The notes below the pieces were generated by a model. The model was not told the DNA's origin and searched no databases. It worked only from the letters and a program-made list of their open reading frames with translations. From Octopus sinensis (taxonomy: Eukaryota), in NCBI RefSeq assembly GCF_006345805.1, contig NC_043004.1:21390001-21454000 (forward strand): 64,000 nucleotides of DNA. The letters are read 5' to 3'. Position 1 is the first letter of the stretch. Every line of letters starts with the position of its first letter. This document shows positions 1 through 13,435 of this stretch, one piece after another. The position numbers were made by a program, and so were the translations under genes.

Positions 1-112
1 CAGCGGAAAATGTTATAGTTTGGTTTGTATTTTGCTATCAGAGTATATACAGTGTTGAAATAAGTAACTTACTAGTGTTCTGTTTATTCTTTATGTCCTG
101 TTTTTATTGTAG

Positions 113-144
113 AACCTGCTGCATCCAAGCAAAAGAAAGACTGA
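113..144 (+). CDS. Candidate last coding exon of a gene entering from the left (xEPAASKQKKD*), followed by a probable 3' UTR
   Basis: Polypyrimidine-rich acceptor (tgtttttattgtag, AG at 111-112), phase-1 open frame AA CCT GCT GCA TCC AAG CAA AAG AAA GAC TGA, basic NLS-like tail. Protein not recognised. Confidence 0.4.
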
Positions 145-955
145 AAGAGAGAGAAAGAGAGAGAACTTAGTGCCTAAAGCAGAGTCTACTAAACCTTTTA
201 AGAACCAATTGTGCTGCAAGAGTGATTCTTTGACTTTGAGTTTGGTGTTAAAGCATTTTATCAAACTAAATTTAGGGATTAAATATATGGTTCCCATTGG
301 AAGTTTTACTGAATTGGTTTCGAGATTATGCAGATTTGCTAATTATATTTGGAATTATAGCATGACTACAATTTTATTTATTTTTAATCTAAGTAAACTG
401 ATTGAAGAAGATATAGTTGGTTGAGGGGCCTGCATGTCTGTTAGATTAAAAAGCTTACTGTGTAAATGTTTGGTTCTGGATTAATTCCATGGTTGTGTAT
501 CACCTTCGAATGTCTTTAATGGTAGACAAAATATGTCCAACACCATGTAAGCTGGAATTTGGAAGACAGAAATTGTTTGCGATTGTCCCAGACATAAACA
601 TACTCACACATATGTATTGTTATATAACACAATATAATTTATTCAAAGCAGTGTGTACACAAGAGATTCAGCTCAAAGTTCTTCACTTTTAGTCCTCAAG
701 CAAAATTTTGTGTAGCAATAACGCCTTTGAATAATTAATGCTATTCTGATTCACCTAACAGTATGAAATACTTTTTGCACTGATGTATATCAACACAGGA
801 TGTAATGATATTAAAAAAAATTTACTTAAAGTCAGATGAAGCCTCTCGCAATACACAGACTTACAGACAGACACTTCTTTGTCACCCTCACGTCCAAATT
901 TGTGACAAACTAGTGACAGACTCTTCATAAATCTATAACCAGTAATGCTTTTGTA

Positions 956-1060
956 ATCATCATCATCATCGTCGTCGTCGTCGTTATCATCATCATCGTT
1001 ATCATCGTAATCATCATTGTCATCATCAACAATGTCATGATAATTGTTGTTGTCATCATT
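956..1060. repeat. Compound (ATC)/(GTC) trinucleotide repeat
   Basis: Read directly; it explains the poly-D and poly-M/T ORFs at 755-1126 and 925-1116. Confidence 0.9.
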
Positions 1061-1221
1061 GGTTGGACTGAATTTGTATAAGTGGATTTCCTGCTTCTGG
1101 ATGCCTTTCCTGTCACTAGTCCTCATCTGTTTCCAAGTAAGATCATATTTCCCCTAAGACCAGACATATTTTTACAGAAGATTGGAGATGAAGGATAGTA
1201 CTTGTATGATAGTGCCACTTG

Positions 1222-1400
1222 CTTGCACGTAAAAAGCACCCACTACACTCTCGGAGTGGTCTGCGTTAGGAAGGGCATCCAGCTGTAGAAACTCTGCCAG
1301 ATCAAGACTGGAGCCTGGTGCAGCCATCTGGTTGCCAGCCCTCAGTCAAAACCGTCCAACCCATGCTAGCATGGAAAATGGACATTAAACGATGATGATG
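1222..1400 (+). mobile_element. RTE-tail SINE-like element ending in (GAT)n
   Basis: Motif gtaaaaagcacccactacactctcggagtgg...aggaagggcatccagctgtagaaac...ccaacccatgctagcatggaaa...gatgatgat. Related copies at ~10455-10645(-), 17867-18105(-), 20620-20812(+), 30870-31102(+), 40690-40910(+), 53113-53450(-), 53731-53925(-), 55480-55826(+). Confidence 0.85.
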
Positions 1401-1411
1401 ATATATATATA

Positions 1412-1560
1412 TGGTAGGTTTCTTTTAGTTCTATCTACCAAATTTACTCAGTCTTTGGTCAGCCTAGATCTATAGTAGAAAATATTTGCCCAAGGTGTCA
1501 TGCAGTCAAACTGAACCTACAACCATGTGGAGCAAACTTCTTACCACACAGCCATACCTG
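1412..1560 (-). mobile_element. tRNA-derived SINE, dominant family (octopus OK/OR-like)
   Basis: Reverse complement of the family head ggctgtgtggtaagaagcttgcttcccaaccacatggtt. Other copies at ~8455-8820(-), 14790-15230(+), 17140-17305(+), 21405-21568(+), 28557-28720(+), 29935-30065(+), 31270-31695(-), 37325-37480(-), 42740-43040(-), 46548-46910(+), 63430-63660(-). Confidence 0.8.
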
Positions 1561-2062
1561 CTCCCAACCCCATAAAATAAAAGTAAACATTTTAAACAAA
1601 CATAGTCTTAGATAATCAAACACAGAACTAAACTTTAGTTACTAAGCAATCAGTGAGGCAATCAGCAATTCATATTGTCATTGGAAACTGCATTGTATCA
1701 AAAGAAAAAAAAAGGAAAGCGAAACTACATTACCTGTTAACCTAGACATAAATATGTTCTGCTATATGCAGTATCCTCTATGTAAAATTAGTCAGAGATT
1801 TATCAGTTCACAATGTTTAATTTCATCAACCAGACTTACCTTGTTACATAAAGTTGAGATGAAGCTGATCTGATAAGAAAATATTCCATGTAATCCTTTG
1901 ACAAATTGGGAATAACAACAAAATCCTTTCCTATAGCACATCCCAACTTTGATCATAGGACTGCTTGATCAACAGTGACTTCTATTTCAATTGCCTTTGA
2001 GAGTTTCTAAGAGAGGGGCTGGAAAATTCATTTTGATACTATAAAGGCCTAATCCAAACTCT

Positions 2063-2290
2063 TGTGAAAGCATAGCCAACGGTTAGAACATTGGGCTTAC
2101 AATCATTAGGTCTTTGGTTTCGTTTTGAACTGTGAGAAACACTATACCCATGAGCAAGACACTTCATTTCACCTTGCTTCAGCTACTAATGAATAGTCTA
2201 AAAGTTAACCCTATAATGGATAAGCCTCTCATTCAGTGAATTAAGTTTTCTACTTTCAGCCTGATTTCCTTGAAACTCCAGATGAACTTT
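2063..2290 (+). mobile_element. Old tRNA-derived SINE
   Basis: Degenerate A/B-box head followed by catgagcaagacacttcatttcaccttgcttcag, similar to the younger copy at 46984. Confidence 0.55.
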
Positions 2291-4413
2291 TGCCTCATGA
2301 AATTGTAGGCTAAATTCTGAGAACCCTAACTCGAATCCTTGCAACAGAGAGAATTCTGTTAGTGGCATGCAAAGGCCAAATAATGGTATTAACCTGAATG
2401 TCAGATTAAGTTTGCCACCCTTGAATCAAGCAATAACAGCAACTTGCTTAGGATCTTTTCAGTTTGAACAGCAGTTTTTAACATAATTGCTAGGTAACTA
2501 AAAAATTTTAAACATTGTATACTGGTAGAATGTGTTTATAAAACATCTTTTTCTCTTGGCTTTATTGAGAAAATTCTATAGTTTGTAAAATATTTGTTGT
2601 TGTTTTTCTTCAATTTCTGCAATTTCAACCAATCAGTGACGTCTATTGAGTTCAAAAGCATTCTGTGCCATATGAATATGTCCCTCATTTAAGAAACATA
2701 TTGGGTTTATTTACATTTGTGAAGTAGAAAAGATACCCTTCCCCCACCCCTGAGCCTAACTAACCCTAACCCTAAAAGAGATTGAAATGCAATAGATCGA
2801 TACTAGGGTCATAATTATGGGTGACAATTTCATATGACACCGCTAGAAAAAACTGCTGTTCAAACCGAAAAGATTCTTTGCTTAAGTCTTCAGTTGTGAT
2901 TCTATAAGCTAATAGCTTATGAGACACAGCATCTACATTATTTACTTTTATACTACATTAGAAAATAAAATACCTGGTTTGAATTAAATTTGAAAATCAT
3001 GAAGAATTTATACAATTTTTATAAAACAACTGTAACATTTTTGTCTCTTGATGTATCAAAGTAATGTCTTGTACAAATTTCACAAAAGGTTCTTCATGTA
3101 GATGTATGATGAAATATTTATTTCAAAACTTTTCTAATCACAAATTAACTACAGGCAAAGAAATCAGTGAAATATAAAATTATTTATAAACCATCTTATA
3201 AAACAAATTTGCTGTATAAAATGAGATTTATGCTATTGTTTACTGCAGTATCTACTAATAGAAAAAAATATTTTGTTTGACTCGCAAAAAAAAAAAAATA
3301 CAAAAGCCTTATTTAAGTACAAAACTTCTTTAATCTCAACAGTTCAACTGAGAAACTCTACAATGTGTTTTCTTTTGTATCCTAAAATAATATGGACAAT
3401 TCATAAAAATATTTTGTGCATAAGATGTAGCTTTTGACACAAAATCTATTTTAACTCATGAATGAATATAATATAATTTATCTGCGTTATTCAAATACTG
3501 TTAGGCCTTTTATATTAACACACACTGTATTTCATTGATATTTAAATATATGTTGATTACTTCAGCTGCACCTGTGCTTTAGTCTTTTGAAAAAATTAAA
3601 GATTAAGACATGTAGAATCAAAAAACAAAAATTTGTTACATATATTATACCATTAAGCTACTTCTGTGGAAAGAAAATCAAATCAAAACAAAGACATTAT
3701 TAGCTATAAGAAATATTTTAAAAAATCAACTCTTCATTGCTTCAAGCAAAAATTCAAAATAAATAAAGTATTTCTTGGCCAAAAGCCATATTTTAAATGT
3801 AAACATTTAAATATTTATTGTAAAAGAACTCAACTCTTTATGTCTGTTGCCATTAAAGGAACAGTGGGTTTCTGTTCTTCGCATACAGACCAATTAACTT
3901 CAGTGATGGTGTTCTTTCTATGGAGCCATCATTAACAGCATCATTATTATCAATATCATTATCATCATCATCATCATCATTATCTTTGAAACCAATTTTT
4001 TCTAGATTGTTTTTAAAGGATAGGATTTCTTGTTGCTTCAAAGACAGTAAAGAAAGTAAAAAAAAAAAGAAATCATTAGATTCAATTTTCTTTTGGAGAA
4101 TAACTGTAAAAGAGGGAGAAAGAGAGAGAGAGAAAGAGAATGTATGATGTTACACTTGTTTAAGTGATCATAGAGATAATGGAGAATGCCAAATGTTTGG
4201 TAGTATTGATTTTAGTTATAAACATCAAAATAATAATAACAACAATAATATTGATGTTCACGATTGTAATTGTGACAATCTGTTGTGTTGGCCATAAAGG
4301 TATTGATTCATGAGATAAATGTATTGATTTCTAGCTTTTCTGAATGATAATTTATAGCACTGCAAATATTTTGTGTGTGTGTGTATCTATACATGTATGT
4401 ATTTATGTATGTG

Positions 4414-4466
<53 letters not shown>

Positions 4467-4551
4467 TATATATATATGTATATGAATGCATACATGCAGA
4501 TAGATGAGTACAGCTGCATATGGAAATTTAGATCTCTAATTGTGGCAGGAA

Positions 4552-5097
4552 TCTGTGGAAGGAGTAAACCCAGGTAAACGTGGGATGAAGTGGTGTAGAA
4601 AGATCTTCAAATGTTGGGCCTCACTAAGAAAATGATGAAGGACCAAGACACGGCAATTTGCTGTGCTTGAAAAGACATGACAAGCTAAGGAAAACTGTGG
4701 CCACACATGCATACAGTTAAGTCATTTATTGCCTGTGCTGTCACAACATAAAAAGCATCTCTTCCATGTAAAATGCTTTCTTGTCAGGGCTACATGGAGC
4801 CCACTCACACCAGCACAACACAAAAAGCACTGATCCTGGAGCCACATAGAAGGCATTCGAAAAGCACTCATGCTGCTGCCATGTAAAAAGTAGCTATGCT
4901 TGTGTCACATGAGAAAAACCAGAACACTCTGTAAAGTGGTTAGTGTGAGGAAGGGCATCTAGCTGTAGAAACCATGTCACAACAGACAAAAAAGCCTGGG
5001 AAGCGCTGTGGCTTGCCAGCTCCTGTCACACTGTCCAATCTATGCCTGCGTGGAAAACAGACATTAATGATGATTATGATAATGGATGATGATGATA
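4552..5097 (+). mobile_element. RTE LINE 3' fragment (ORF C-terminus plus 3' UTR)
   Basis: Decayed translation ~GRSKPRKTWDEVVxKDLQMLGLTKKMMKDQDTWQFAVLEKT, then the shared 3' tail and (GAT)n. Similar fragments at ~17300-17600(+) and 26965-27330(+). Confidence 0.8.
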
Positions 5098-5203
5098 TGT
5101 GTGCGTTTATATATATGCATGCATTATAACATGTGTATATATGTATGTATATATATATGAGTGTGTGTATTTATACATTTATGTGAATACGTAATACATA
5201 CAT

Positions 5204-5244
<41 letters not shown>

Positions 5245-5248
5245 AATG

Positions 5249-6114
5249 CAGGGTGAAGTGAATAAACAGTTGTCTAAATTACACAAAAATGAAAATAACA
5301 CTGACATCTCATTTTAACAGATATATTTACCAAAATTACATAGAATTATCTTGAAATGCTAAAGAATAGATTTATTCAATAAAATTGCCAATGGCTTCAA
5401 CCATGGACTCCAGGTGACTTCGGACTCTCCTGCAACTCTTCTGGATGGTCCTCTTGTTTAAGTTGGTGAATGCTGCCATAATCCTTGCCTTCAGTTCATC
5501 TTTGGTTTTACAAGGAGTTTTGTTAGTCGGTCACTCAGCTTCACCCCACACATAATATTCAAGGGAGGTTGCAGTCTAGGGAGTTAGGTGGCCAGATGTT
5601 ATCGTTGATGTGGTTGCAGAAATTGTCTGACAGCCACGACTGGGTTCTTCAGCTTGTGTGGCCTGGTGCAGAGTCTTGTTGCTAAACATAGGGTCTTCCA
5701 GCAACCAACCTCGTAACCCAGGGCAACACTACCTCCTCCAGGAACTTGATGTAGGTCTTCATATTGAGTCTGAGGCCGTGTGGGAAGATGAATCGAGGCA
5801 TAACATTGCCAAAACTAGTGATCACTCCAAACACCCTGATGTTGACTAGATATTTGATTTTTATCACATCACTTTCAGTACTTGCCCTCAGAATGACACC
5901 CAAACACTCTGAAATGTTCGTATTAGAGCTTCTGGTTCAAATGCTAAGCAGTGCTGTGTGTCGTTTCAAAATTTCTAGCAGAGTGAATAGCACCATTATG
6001 CTGTTTTTCTCACAGTGCCTAACTAATCCTAACTAGGGTCAAAATCAAAACCAAACAATGTGTACATGCGAAATTGAAAATATGAAATTATTACAATTTA
6101 CTTATTGCATCCTG
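5249..6114 (-). mobile_element. maT-family (DD37D) Tc1/mariner element, internally deleted and defective
   Basis: TIR-like ends cagggtg...catcctg with TA at the right end. Minus-strand relic VFGVITSxGxVMPxFIF...QQDSAP...WPPNSxDCNxLxYYVWG with 37 residues between the 2nd and 3rd catalytic positions; contains stops and frameshifts. Confidence 0.85.
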
Positions 6115-6313
6115 TATATATTTATATATATATACATGCATACATAAATATACATATACATGTATGTCTGTATAATTTTTCATAGAAAAATGATCACTGC
6201 AATCAGAATAAAAACTCACAGGCAGGAATGTGAGTGTTCAAACATTCAGTTCATAAGTTTGAAGCCATCAGAATATATTCGGCTGGATTCACAGTTATGG
6301 ATTAAGTGTGTGC

Positions 6314-6372
<59 letters not shown>

Positions 6373-7576
6373 CAAAAGGATGTGTTATAATACTATTCCA
6401 CAACCATACCAACAATCCAACATATCTCCATCATCAACTGCCCCTTGGATATCATTATGATTTTGACACCTGGGCAGTACCATTCAATCCGGTGGTGACA
6501 ACAGCACTAACATAAGTGTTGTTTAGGAACAAACATACCAAAAAAACCACAACTTTCAAACACATTTCCCCTATGTACAGCCATATCGATAAATAAATTC
6601 AGTAAGTAAATTACAACCACTCCTGAATACATAACTAAACAGCAATAAATCTATTAATTCATGCAAAAATTATAATCCCTATGTTCTTCCATAGTATGAT
6701 ATAAAAGTAAAAGCTTAATAACTACATTATTTCAATCAATAAATATATAGGCAGGATTAAACACTAACTTTAATAAAACTACAACAAAGAAGCATATAAA
6801 CCTATGTACATTGTATTGGTATTAATGTTAAATTGCAATAACTAAATTATAAACTAAATTGTGACCAATGCAAATAATAATCCCACCAGTCTTCCATAGA
6901 TGCTATTATAATGAAAGCCAAAGCTTTATATAAATCTCTCCAAAACAAAACAAGCATGATTGAAATTAATTTAACGAATATTTTTATGAGTGAAATACAT
7001 TATTCCATCATTCAAAAGTTAAAAATAAAACACTATATACTCATTAAAATATTACCACCACAAGCTGTAATATTAAATTATCAGTAACTAGTATAAACAT
7101 TAAATTTCATTAAATAGGAACTAATAAATGTATTTGTAATGAACTATTATCATAAACCTTGCTATGTTTAAAGCTAATTAAAACTGTTTAAAAGATAATA
7201 AAACTACAAGTACTAACATTTACATGTTTAATCAGACAGTTCCATCACCAAGAATTTAAAGAGCCAACTAAATATTGATGACACAGTGCGTAATTACTAC
7301 TTCTTTAATTGTCTCAATATTGGTGATGTAGTAAGCATATAAAGTTCTTCTAGCAACATATATGCTTGTAGCACATATATTTAGAGAAAACTAAATTTTG
7401 CTTATATGGTTTATATTGCGCCCAGCTGCCCACATTAATTTTATAATATATATATCATACATAAATACATATATACATATATATATACACATCTAATAAA
7501 GGATAAAATTTTTTGAAAAAAATTCTATCAATGGCCAGCATGTTAAAAAATACCTTTAAAGGTTAAATTTATAAAC

Positions 7577-7781
7577 AACTTATAAACAAGGGTGAAAGAA
7601 AAAAAATTCTAATGTCAAATATGCCGAAAATCGACTTAAATCGTCAATAACCATATAATTCATCACTATAATTTCGAGACACGTGCTTATAGTGATGAAT
7701 TATATGGTTATTGATGATTTAAGTCGATTTTCGGCATATTTGGCATTAGAATTTTTTTTCTTTTGCCCTTGTTTATAAGTT
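7577..7781. repeat. Long inverted repeat (95-bp arms, 15-nt loop)
   Basis: 7577-7671 pairs with 7687-7781 with few mismatches. Confidence 0.9.
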
Positions 7782-9159
7782 ATATATATACACACACACA
7801 CACATACACACATATATATACATACATACACATACATGCATACACACACAAACATTTATATATATACATATATACATACACATACATACATATATATATA
7901 TATACATACATACATACACATACATGCATACACATACGAATATTTATATATATATACATATATACATACATGCATTTATATATATATATATATATAGATG
8001 ATAGATAGATAAATAGATAGATAGATAGATAGATAAACAGATAGATATAAATACATACGTACACACGTGCACATACACACTCACAGGGTGTGGGAGAGAC
8101 AGGTAGGTATATGAATATGTGTATATGTTTTGTGTATATTCAAGAGGATATACAAACAAATACCTTGCCTCCAGGCCTTGACTGCTATGTTTATTTAATA
8201 AAAACTCAAAATGTTAAACAGTCTAACTAAATACTGTAAGGTATCTGGGCTGCTGTTCTATTGCTTCTGTCATCCCTGTCAGCTCTTGTACTTGCTCTCC
8301 TATCTGCTGTCTAGTGACTAGAGTAATGTTGATCATAATTATGATACAGGGAATAAGCATAATGACAGTTGTGATATGTTTATAAGGATGAGTTACTGCC
8401 CTTTGTTGTCTGATGTAAAACAGTGAAGAATGTAGTAGATATCTCTGTTTACAAGTTTACTTGTTTCAGTCATTAGACTGCAGCCATTCTGGGACACTGC
8501 TTTGAAGAATTTTAGATGAATGAATCAGTCCCAGTCTGTTTTTTGTTTTTTTTTAAAAACCTGCTACTTATTCTATTGGTCCCTTTCACTGAACTTCCAA
8601 GTTGCAGGGATGTCAACACACCAACACCAGTTGTCAAGCTGTGGCAGGGGACAAACACAGACACACACATGACAGGCTTCTTTTAATTTTCATCTACTAA
8701 ATCTACTCACAAGGCACAAAGCTATAATAGAAGACACTTACCCAAGGTGCAACAATGTGGGACTGAACCCAGAACCATGTGTTTGGGAAGCAAGCTTCTT
8801 ACCACACAGCCACTCCTGTCTGAATACCTAACTGTTATTAATCCAAATGTTCTTTAATTTATTATGAGATAATGCTATGATGATGAAGAAAAGAAATATG
8901 TCAATATATTTAGAAAGTGATACTAACTACTTTCACAGAGCAACCAGAAATAACATTTCTCTTATACTACACTGAGTTTTAGAGAGTGGATGCATGAGAT
9001 ATCCTGTTTTTTCTTAATCCCAAACTGAACACATGTGAGAAAAAAAAAACAATTTTCATTTTTCAAACAAGTTTTTTTACAGAAGCTCAAATTCAAATGA
9101 AACTATAAATAAATATCTCTTGGAATATTGAGTAGATTTGCCTTAAACAAGCAGAAAAT

Positions 9160-9430
9160 GCGAACATAATCACCTTCTGCTATACATTGATGGGTTATTA
9201 CAGATGTGATTAGAATATTACAGGAAAGAATTGCAAGATGGATCTTTCAAGCCATGCAGGTTACTTAGAAGTAGACCAAGAGTGAGATTGCTGGATACTA
9301 TCCATAGTTTCAATTGTTCATGATTGGGAATCCAGCCAGAGAGTCTAGTGATGGTTGCTTCTGATAGGACTCTAAAGAGGGGTTGCCTGAGGACTCTACC
9401 TTCACGACCATCCTAGGAACAGTGGGAGGA
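9160..9430 (+). mobile_element. Degenerate RTE-type LINE 3' fragment
   Basis: Relic xRPRVRLLDTIHSF..LGIQPESLVMVASDR resembling the RTE C-terminal GRPR.RW.D motif. Confidence 0.5.
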
Positions 9431-11528
9431 AAATATCAGATAGATGGAATTGAACTAAGCATCTGCCATAAACTGAATTGGCTCCTCAGAATTTACTTTC
9501 TTTTAATGATGTTGGCAAAGTTTCTTTGATTCTAAAAGCTTGGGTATGCCTGTGAGATTTTTTACAATTAGTTATATTTCTAATCTATCAATTATTCAGT
9601 TATGATATATGATGTGTTAAAGATAATTATTTTGATGGAACGAAATCAATAAAACAGTCTTATCCAAGACATAAAATACTGATGGACCTTTTTTTGTTAA
9701 GATGCTTGGATGTAAATTAAAACACTGCCTTAGTCTTATAAAACAAGGAGCTGTTTGTCATTATGCCATCAGCACTAATACACCAAGAGAGATTAGCTGG
9801 AATACTTTCATCAGGGCACTCTTTTGGTGAGAAGCACTGAGTCAATTGTTATATCTACACATGATAGGCAAGGGCAGATAACTGTTATAATAATAATGTG
9901 ACAGCAAGAAAATATCAATTAAGTAAAAACTTGAAAAAAAAGCATGTGTTCTATGGTAAAACATTAGCAGATGAAAGGTTAATAATATATGAATCAAATT
10001 GTTAGCAATCACAAATGTAAGTACAAGTGTTTCCTGATCAAAATTGTCGTGAGTTTAAGGAGATTGGGAATTATATTGGAAATTTAATGATTTGCATCTT
10101 TAGGCAAAATTGCTTTGCTGTTTTTGTTTAAGTCAGCTGTAAATTGGACACCAAATTGTTTTCATATTGTTCTTTAACCTCAGATCAAACATTATCAAAC
10201 AGAACTCTGATGAAAAGCTTTCCAGCTGTAAGCACCTTGTTCTTCTCTCAGGCAATTCATATGGAAGTATTCATGTAGAAAAATAAACAAGAGGGAAAAT
10301 GAACCTTTATTTTAAAATTTCTGAGGTTTAATATTTTACTAAAAAGAAATCAACCTTTGTCAGGTTCTCAAAAGATAATCAAAATATTTTCATGAAAATA
10401 TATCAATATGATCAGTCATTTAAAATTTCATTTAAATGTGTCAATCATCATTCTCATCATCATCATCATCATCATCGTCATTTAATGTCTGTTTTCCATG
10501 CCGGCATAGGTTGAACAGTTTAACAAGAGCTGACAAGCCGGAGAATTGTACTAGATTCTGGGCCAATTTGGCTTGGCTGGGTGCCTTCCCTAATGCCAAC
10601 CACTTTACTGAGTGTGCTGGGGGCTTTTTACATGGTACCAGCATATAGAAAAAAAATGAGTCGTATTTTATTATTGGCTGATAAACATTTTTATATAGGA
10701 AGAATATTTCTGCAAGGTTAATATTTAGCAAAACCTGAGAAAATTGTTCATCATTCAGTCCTGAAGTAAAATTCATGAGATTGAAATATATAATCATGTA
10801 TTTGTTTTTTGTAGAATTTCCTGTATTTTGAATGGGTTGAAAGATATAATTTATGGTGTGTAATAGAATTCAGAAGGGAATGCTTGCAATTGTTGATCAT
10901 ATTAGTGAGGAAATATGTGTAAAGAGGAATGTCATCATTAGCAGCATTTATATTGTGATTTGTGTGAGATACAAAATGGCAATATGCCCTTTATGATGAC
11001 CTCACTGAATCAGCAATTGAATTCAGTTCTTTGGGGCAATTTTGAGAAGCAGTAGCAGCATTACATATTTCCTTCAATGTTTAGGAAAAAAATGATCGTG
11101 ATCATATTTTTACCACATTACACAGCATGTCCTGAATTGAAAATTGTAGATAAACTATGCCCCTTTCTTTTACAGATGTTAGTATTAAATCTGAGGGACA
11201 CTTAGCTGCTATTTCTGAGAGATTAAATATCTACATAGATACCTATACATTAATGCTTTAACATCAGATCAGTCATTTTGAAGTTGTATGGTAAAATATG
11301 AAATAATGTTTTCATAATTGATGAAAATTACTTGTTAAGCAATTTCAATGAAGTCTTAAAGGTAAATTTTAAAAAATTGAAGTATAAATAATTGATGCAA
11401 AATATCTCTAAAGAATAAATGACTCATTTATTTTTTGTTTATTTTTCTTATACGATTTGATCTGGAAGAATGGGTTCTGTTAATTACCTTTGGAGACCCC
11501 AAAGAGATGAATGTGACTGATATTCCTC

Positions 11529-11594
11529 ATGGACAACCATATGCCGAACATGCAACGAAGTCATGCTATGAATGGGGAATGTCAGAATGTTGAT
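11529..11594 (+). CDS. Candidate first coding exon (MDNHMPNMQRSHAMNGECQNVD)
   Basis: ATG preceded by in-frame stops, 22 open codons ending at a consensus donor GAT|gtaaga (11595). Non-repetitive composition, but no clean upstream acceptor and no recognised homology. Confidence 0.3.
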
Positions 11595-11847
11595 GTAAGA
11601 TTAAGAAAAAGAATGAATCACCATAACTGTAACTAACTTTAAAAAGTAATTTCACTACAGAAGTGATAACACTTCATGATTCAGGAGTTTAACTTTCAAG
11701 TGGCTTTTAACATTTTTGAAGAGAGGAATGAAGAATATTTTAGAAAAAAAAATTGCTTTGACAATTAATGCAAATGTTGTAACTTTCAAGAGTGTATGTG
11801 TTAACATGGAATGTAACTGAGATGGTGTAAAATAATATCTGTAGTGT

Positions 11848-11886
<39 letters not shown>

Positions 11887-13435
11887 GAGTGAGAGTGAGA
11901 GAGAGATGTGCACACGCAAGTTTTTAAAAATACCAAAAAATTGTAAGTAAGCAAATAAATGTTTAATTAAAAATGTAAAGAGAAACAACAGAAGTTCTTA
12001 AAACTATATTAATTAATTATCATTAAAACTCTTTTCGCCAAAAAAAAAAAATATTCATCATATTGAATCAGTGGTAAACTCAAATTGAATATTTAAATAA
12101 CATGTCATGATATTGCCTAAGTGTGAAAAATAATTTAAATAACAACAACAACAAATTAAATAAAAATATTTCAGGAATAAGTCAAATGATGATAAAATTT
12201 GTTTTGATTAAGTAAAAGGAAAAATAAAAAAAGAAAATTATGAATGAAATCTGGTTAACTGTCAAACAAAGTTGAGGATGAAATCTAAATGCTAATTTTG
12301 TCTGTGTGTCTGCATCTTTATGTGTACAGAATAGCATTGAAATATCAATATTTGCACTGCATGTATCCTAATGTGTATAAAATTCCAATGGTACGTTTGT
12401 ATTTAGTATGTATGTGTCTTTAAGTATTAAGAATATCATTGACACATTCATATCAATATGTATGTATCTTTATATGTATAACACAGTACTGAAATTCGAA
12501 AATTTGCATAGTTGCAGTTTATGTTACCAGCGCAGCATATAAATAAATCTCTGTGAAATGATATTTGCAACACTATCTTCATTTTCAAAGATGAAACTTC
12601 AGCAAGAATAGCTGTGTGACTGAGAAATTTCCTTTGAAATCATGTGATCTAAAGATTGGTCTGACCACATGAAATCTTTTGAGGAGAGGAACCCTTCAGA
12701 TAGACTGTCTTTGATGATGGTATGCTTAACCCATCTTTCAGTTTAACATCACCTGGTTGTTGTAGGGAAGATCTCTGATCTGAGCACCTGAGTATAATTT
12801 CTTCACTACTTTTGACTCCAGTTTCAAAGACCAGGTAGCAATTATTCTGGGAGCATATGGGACACTCTTTCCCCAAATAATATCCAGCTTATTGCCTTGG
12901 CATTCCAAATGACTGTATGGTCTTGGCTAAAAAATTCTTTAATTATTTGTCTGCTTGATATGATTTGACTTAGAGCTAAGAAATAACTAACAAATACTGA
13001 GTAAAGTAGGTAAGAGCCTGTACATGGTCACTTAGGCAGCTAGAAATAGCAACGAAACCACTCTTAAACCATATGCTACTGACATTATGAATAATTAAGA
13101 CATTAAATCAAACATTACCAATAATTACAGACACATTAAAAATAATTATAGTCTTTATGATTGATTATTGAGGCGTTATACTTAAAATTATACAACTCAA
13201 ACTGATCATAGCAGGGTTAACATTAATTATAATTTTGTTCAGTCTGAACTTGCCAGGGTTTAAACAACAAGAATAATGATTAGTAACACTGGCACAGGGT
13301 TATACAGTTAGAGAAGAAATTTTATAGATCATTGAATATTACTTGTACTCAATTTATTGACCCTAGAAGATTACAGAGCAGCATGACTTTTGCAGAATTT
13401 GAAATCAGAATGTAAAAATGCACTAAAAACATTAA

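Noticed and set aside
865-1869. Minus-strand donor-like sites gtaagtctg at 864 and 1839, with small exon-like segments
   Set aside because: Acceptors are weak or frames hit stops, and there is no recognisable protein; compatible with chance.
2753-2775. Interstitial telomere array
   Set aside because: Only 2-3 CCCTAA units embedded in a dispersed-repeat-like segment.
6306-8159. Many 60-120 aa ORFs rich in YI/HT/CV repeats (also at 15.6, 19.7, 25-26, 41-43 kb)
   Set aside because: They are translations of (TA)n, (CA)n and (TG)n microsatellites.
8232-8320. Coding-like minus-strand stretch (TRQQIGEQVQELTGMTEAIEQQPRYLT)
   Set aside because: No convincing splice signals or homology.
10207-10213. 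CTGATGA motif
   Set aside because: No GAAA/NUH or helices follow; part of a common repeat.
12649-12876. 75-aa ORF with CPIC motif
   Set aside because: TTG start, no reliable splice context; more likely a very old LINE relic, and unassignable.
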